A DNA stretch of 64,000 nt, from positions 6,835-70,834 of the forward strand of contig JAHBTA010000008.1 in NCBI GenBank assembly GCA_019638805.1, in the 5' to 3' direction. Shown piece by piece: positions 61,180 through 64,000 of this stretch; the first letter of the stretch is position 1, and each line of letters opens with the position of its first letter. The notes under the pieces are model-generated. The model was not told the DNA's origin. It made no database searches and was given only the letters and a program-made list of their open reading frames with translations. A program made the position numbers and the translations under genes. This DNA comes from Microbacteriaceae bacterium (GTDB lineage: Bacteria; Actinomycetota; Actinomycetes; Actinomycetales; Microbacteriaceae).

Positions 61180-61752
61180 TCAGAGCGGGGAGCGGACGTG
61201 CACCCGTTCCCCCTGCCGGCTCAGCAGATTGATGATCTCGGCCGGCTCCATCGACGCGCTGACGAACCCGTGCGGCTTGCGGGTGTCGAATTCGGCCGCC
61301 TCGCCCGGCCCCAGGATCGTCTCGTCGTCGCCGATCACCAGGCGGATCCGGCCGCTCAGCACGTAGATCCAGTCGTAGCCCTCGTGCACCTTGGCGGGCA
61401 CCGGTTCGCCGGGCGGGTGACCGGGCAGCAGCATCTTGAAGGCGATCACGTCGGGGTTCTGCTTGGTGAGCGGGATGATCGCCCTGCCGTCGCGATAGAA
61501 GGTCTTGGGGTGGATGCGGGGGTCGGCGATCTGCGGAGCGCCCACCAGGTCATCCAGGCTGGCACCGTACGCCGAGGCCAGCCGGATCAGCAGATCGAGC
61601 GTCGGCCGTCGCAACCCGGATTCGAGGCGCGACAGCGTGCTGACCGAGATGCCGGTGCGGCTCGACATCTCGGCGAGAGTGCTGCCGCTCGCTGACCGCA
61701 GGCGGCGCAGCCGGTCGGCCACGCCATCCAGGACCGCCTCTATGTCGTTCAT
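61180..61752 (-). CDS. XRE family transcriptional regulator with C-terminal cupin domain
   Basis: The start is ATG 61752. The HTH reads MNDIEAVLDGVADRLRRLRSASGSTLAEMSSRTGISVSTLSRLESGLRRPTLDLLIRLASAYG.... The cupin domain reads ...HEGYDWIYVLSGRIRLVIGD...GEAAEFDTRKPHGF.... Confidence 0.88.
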   Translation of the reverse strand: MNDIEAVLDGVADRLRRLRSASGSTLAEMSSRTGISVSTLSRLESGLRRPTLDLLIRLASAYGASLDDLVGAPQIADPRIHPKTFYRDGRAIIPLTKQNPDVIAFKMLLPGHPPGEPVPAKVHEGYDWIYVLSGRIRLVIGDDETILGPGEAAEFDTRKPHGFVSASMEPAEIINLLSRQGERVHVRSPL

Positions 61753-61765
61753 CGCGACTCCCGCT

Positions 61766-61800
61766 TTGCCAGATCGGCAACCCGCGTTGCCCGGATGGCA
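61766..61800. promoter_or_regulatory. Two TTGCC-N5-GGCA(A) inverted repeats in the XRE-cupin / oxidoreductase divergent gap
   Basis: The repeats are TTGCCAGATCGGCAA (61766-61780) and TTGCCCGGATGGCA (61787-61800). Confidence 0.4.
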
Positions 61801-61821
61801 CGCTACCCGGACCATGGTGCC

Positions 61822-62760
61822 ATGACCACCTCAGATGCCGACGTTCTCATCATCGGAGCCGGCAGCGCGGGCCTCAGCGCAGCGCTCATGCTGGCACGCT
61901 CCCGCCGCCGGGTGATCGTGCTCGACGGCGGCGCCCCGCGCAACGCGGTCGCCGCCCACATGCACGGCGTGCTCGGCCGCGACGGCTGGTCGCCACTCGA
62001 CCTGGTCGCGACCGGCCGGGATGAGGTGGCTCGCTACGGCGCGATCATCGAGTCCCAGCGGACGGTGTCCGCGGCCCGGGACGGCGAGCTCTTCGTCGTG
62101 GGCCTCGCCGACGGCCGGACCCTCACGGCTCGCCGGTTGCTGTTCGCCGGGGGCCTGCGCGACGAACTGCCGTCCATCCCCGGACTGGCGGAGCACTGGG
62201 GGCGCGGCGCCGCCCACTGCCCCTACTGCGACGGCTGGGAGGTGCGCGACCGGCGCATCGCCGTGCTCGCATCCGGGCCCGCGAGTCTGCACCAGGTGCA
62301 GCTGGTGCGCCAGCTGTCGGCCGAGGTGACCTACCTCACCGAGGGCACCGAGCTGCCCGAGCCGGACCTCGCCGCCCTGGTCGCTCGCGACATCGCCGTC
62401 GAGACCCGGCGCGTGGCATCCGTCGTCACGACAGACGGCGTGCTCAGCGGGCTCCGACTGCATGACGGCGCCGAGCTCCCGGTCGAGGCGATTTTCGTGC
62501 GACCGCGCGCGATCCCCGCCGACGAACTGCTGCACGACCTCGGCGCCGCGAGCGAGGCCGGGCCGGACGACCACGCGTGGATCACGGTGGATGCGACCGG
62601 CCGCACCAGCATCCCCGGCGTCTGGGCGGCGGGCAACATCGTCAGCCCGTTCGCCACCGTCCCCGTCTCGGCCGCCGCCGGCTCCACCGCCGGCGCGGCC
62701 ATCAATGCCGACCTCGTCGACGACGAGATCCGGAGCGCACTCGAAAGGAACCGCGCGTGA
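61822..62760 (+). CDS. Thioredoxin-reductase-like NAD(P)/FAD-dependent oxidoreductase (CPYC redox motif)
   Basis: The start is ATG 61822. The protein reads MTTSDADVLIIGAGSAGLSAALMLARSRRRVIVLDGG...AAHCPYCDGWE...VWAAGN.... Confidence 0.85.
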   Translation: MTTSDADVLIIGAGSAGLSAALMLARSRRRVIVLDGGAPRNAVAAHMHGVLGRDGWSPLDLVATGRDEVARYGAIIESQRTVSAARDGELFVVGLADGRTLTARRLLFAGGLRDELPSIPGLAEHWGRGAAHCPYCDGWEVRDRRIAVLASGPASLHQVQLVRQLSAEVTYLTEGTELPEPDLAALVARDIAVETRRVASVVTTDGVLSGLRLHDGAELPVEAIFVRPRAIPADELLHDLGAASEAGPDDHAWITVDATGRTSIPGVWAAGNIVSPFATVPVSAAAGSTAGAAINADLVDDEIRSALERNRA

Positions 62761-62981
62761 ACACACCCCCGTCCACCCACATCCGAGCCGCGATCACCTG
62801 GCTCGCGATCTTCCCCCTCGTCGCGATCGGCATGACCGCGATCGCCCCCATCTCATCCGACTGGCACCCGATCGTCCGCGCCCTGGTGCTGACCGTGGTC
62901 GTCGTGCCGGTCGCCGTGTACTGGGTCGTGCCGCAGCTGATGCGCGGCTACGGCGCCCTCCAGCGCCGCAAGGGAGCCTGA
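62757..62981 (+). CDS. Small (74 aa) two-helix membrane protein, translationally coupled to the oxidoreductase
   Basis: GTG 62757 overlaps the upstream TGA (GTGA). The protein reads VNTPPSTHIRAAITWLAIFPLVAIGMTAIAPISSDWHPIVRALVLTVVVVPVAVYWVVPQLMRGYGALQRRKGA. It lies inside track ORF 62577..62981. Confidence 0.55.
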   Translation: MNTPPSTHIRAAITWLAIFPLVAIGMTAIAPISSDWHPIVRALVLTVVVVPVAVYWVVPQLMRGYGALQRRKGA

Positions 62982-62983
62982 CC

Positions 62984-63124
62984 ATGGAACTCACCTGGAC
63001 CATCCCCGTCGCACTCATCCTGGGCGGCGCGACCTACGCGATCTTCGCCCGGTACTTCGCGCACCGCGAGCGGATGGCGCGGATCGAGCGCGGGGAGGGG
63101 GAGCGGCTCAGCTCGTCCCGATGA
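62984..63124 (+). CDS. Small (46 aa) single-helix membrane protein
   Basis: ATG 62984 lies 2 nt after the previous stop, with GGGAG 7 nt upstream. The protein reads MELTWTIPVALILGGATYAIFARYFAHRERMARIERGEGERLSSSR. Confidence 0.4.
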   Translation: MELTWTIPVALILGGATYAIFARYFAHRERMARIERGEGERLSSSR

Positions 63125-63662
63125 CCGCCTGCAGGCGCCGGATGTGCTCGCCGAGATCACCGGTCGCGAGCAGTCCGGCGCCGAGCGGTCCCGAGCGATC
63201 GGCCCGGAGTCCGGGCAGCAGGCTCAGTGCCGCCCGGACTCGCTCGTCCATGTGGGCGAGCTGCCAGGCGAGTTCCGCCTCGACGGCGGCGGCCCTGTCA
63301 TCGGCCGCGAGCCCGGCGGCGCGGGCCGCGTACGCCGCAGCGCCGAGGGCGTGCGCTCCCATGTGGGCGACCCCCGACGCCTGCGCCGCGGACCGTGCGG
63401 CGGCCACCGCCGCGGCGCCCGTCACCGCCCCGGCCGCCCGCCCCGCGACGAACCGGCGCGCGATCTCGCCGGCCGCCGTCAACTCGCCGGCGGCGAAGGC
63501 GCGAGTGCGGGCGATGGCGTCACGCGGACGCTCGTCATCGGCAGCCTCGGCCTCGAACAGCGGCAGCACCCGTTCGGCGCAGTCGGCCGCCCACGACGCG
63601 ACGAGTCGGCGGTCGTTCTCGCTGAGAGCTTGGGGCGAGGGCACCACAGCATCCTGCCCCAC
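63108..63662 (-). CDS. Ala-rich hypothetical protein resembling the Imm5-like 'putative immunity protein' family
   Basis: The sequence ...ENDRRLVASWAADCAERVLPLFEAEAADDERPRDAIARTRAFAAGEL... matches my memory of that family's N-terminal motif. The start is uncertain (GTG 63662 or a downstream GTG). Confidence 0.55.
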   Translation of the reverse strand: MGQDAVVPSPQALSENDRRLVASWAADCAERVLPLFEAEAADDERPRDAIARTRAFAAGELTAAGEIARRFVAGRAAGAVTGAAAVAAARSAAQASGVAHMGAHALGAAAYAARAAGLAADDRAAAVEAELAWQLAHMDERVRAALSLLPGLRADRSGPLGAGLLATGDLGEHIRRLQAVIGTS

Positions 63663-63666
63663 CGCC

Positions 63667-63672
63667 TAAAAT
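63667..63672 (+). promoter_or_regulatory. -10 box TAAAAT positioned for a leaderless DUF5302 transcript
   Basis: The hexamer ends 7 nt before ATG 63679. There is no SD, and only 16 nt separate the divergent start codons. Confidence 0.45.
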
Positions 63673-63678
63673 CGCCTC

Positions 63679-63858
63679 ATGCCAGAGCCGAAACCGGAAC
63701 CGTCTGCCGAAGACACCAAGCGCAAGTTCCGCGAGGCGCTCGAGCGCAAGAAGCGGGCCCAGCAGAGCCGTCCAGATCACATGGATGCCGGATCGGCCGT
63801 GCACAGCGCCCACGGCAAAGCGGGTGGCAAGCGGGAGTTCCGTCGGAAGAGCGGGTGA
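63679..63858 (+). CDS. DUF5302-like small basic protein (59 aa)
   Basis: It is below the track cut-off. The protein reads MPEPKPEPSAEDTKRKFREALERKKRAQQSRPDHMDAGSAVHSAHGKAGGKREFRRKSG. The motifs DTKRKFREALERK and GKREFRRKSG are what I remember for this conserved actinobacterial family. Confidence 0.7.
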   Translation: MPEPKPEPSAEDTKRKFREALERKKRAQQSRPDHMDAGSAVHSAHGKAGGKREFRRKSG

Positions 63859-64000
63859 CGCGGGCCCGCTTGGTGAGGCGGGACTCGAAGGGCATCGAAG
63901 CCTGACGGGGCGACGCCTGCGCGACGTCGGTCGGCATGATCCTCAAGGGCGGCGAGCACGACGACTGATTCCGCCGACAAAGCGTAAGTGGTAGCTTACG

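Noticed and set aside
63983-64000. Hairpin CGTAAG-TGGTAG-CTTACG at the right edge
   Set aside because: It is cut by the window end. It cannot be assigned to a terminator, operator or RNA gene without downstream sequence.

Overview
This is a 64-kb chromosomal segment from a high-G+C actinobacterium. Gene content looks Micrococcales/Microbacteriaceae-like, but that is inference. All family names come from my own recognition of motifs in the translations. No database search was run.

The minus strand carries the conserved actinobacterial backbone: [rpmG slot] - hadA/hadB-like dehydratases - murB ... class-I aminotransferase (+ strand) - tRNA-Trp - secE - nusG - rplK - rplA ... rplJ - rplL. Accessory blocks interrupt it:
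- a Cache-HAMP adenylate cyclase (partial, at the left edge)
- a SnoaL/TetR pair and an ABC exporter
- a LacI-controlled sugar ABC uptake operon
- two LuxR-type regulators
- an OmpR/histidine-kinase pair
- an orphan YqaJ-like nuclease
- several membrane proteins of unknown function
- three secreted or surface proteins
- a PadR-ABC-2 efflux module
- a nucleoside salvage operon
- an F420-dependent glucose-6-phosphate dehydrogenase
- MMPL/TetR
- glycerate kinase/IclR/flavin monooxygenase
- SulP, sdaA and a mazEF-like toxin-antitoxin pair
- an 8-kb same-strand gene string: XRE-cupin, STAND-LuxR, fused oxidoreductase, DUF4389, DUF2306, ABC-2 exporter

I call 64 protein genes and 1 tRNA, plus operator-like palindromes, hairpins and short tandem repeats. 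Three of the protein genes are small ORFs that are absent from the track or hidden inside it. I saw no rRNA, CRISPR array, transposase, integrase or phage structural gene.

Most very long ORFs in the track are antisense or out-of-frame shadows, as expected for GC-rich DNA.

I did not find a clear-cut novel multi-gene system. The best leads are:
1. An unannotated 26-codon ORF with its own strong promoter, SD and terminator, sitting in the slot where rpmG normally lies.
2. A 531-aa adhesin-like gene wedged between nusG and rplK.
3. A translationally coupled DUF4389-DUF2306-ABC-2 operon.
4. Short tandem duplications that copy gene start/stop junctions.
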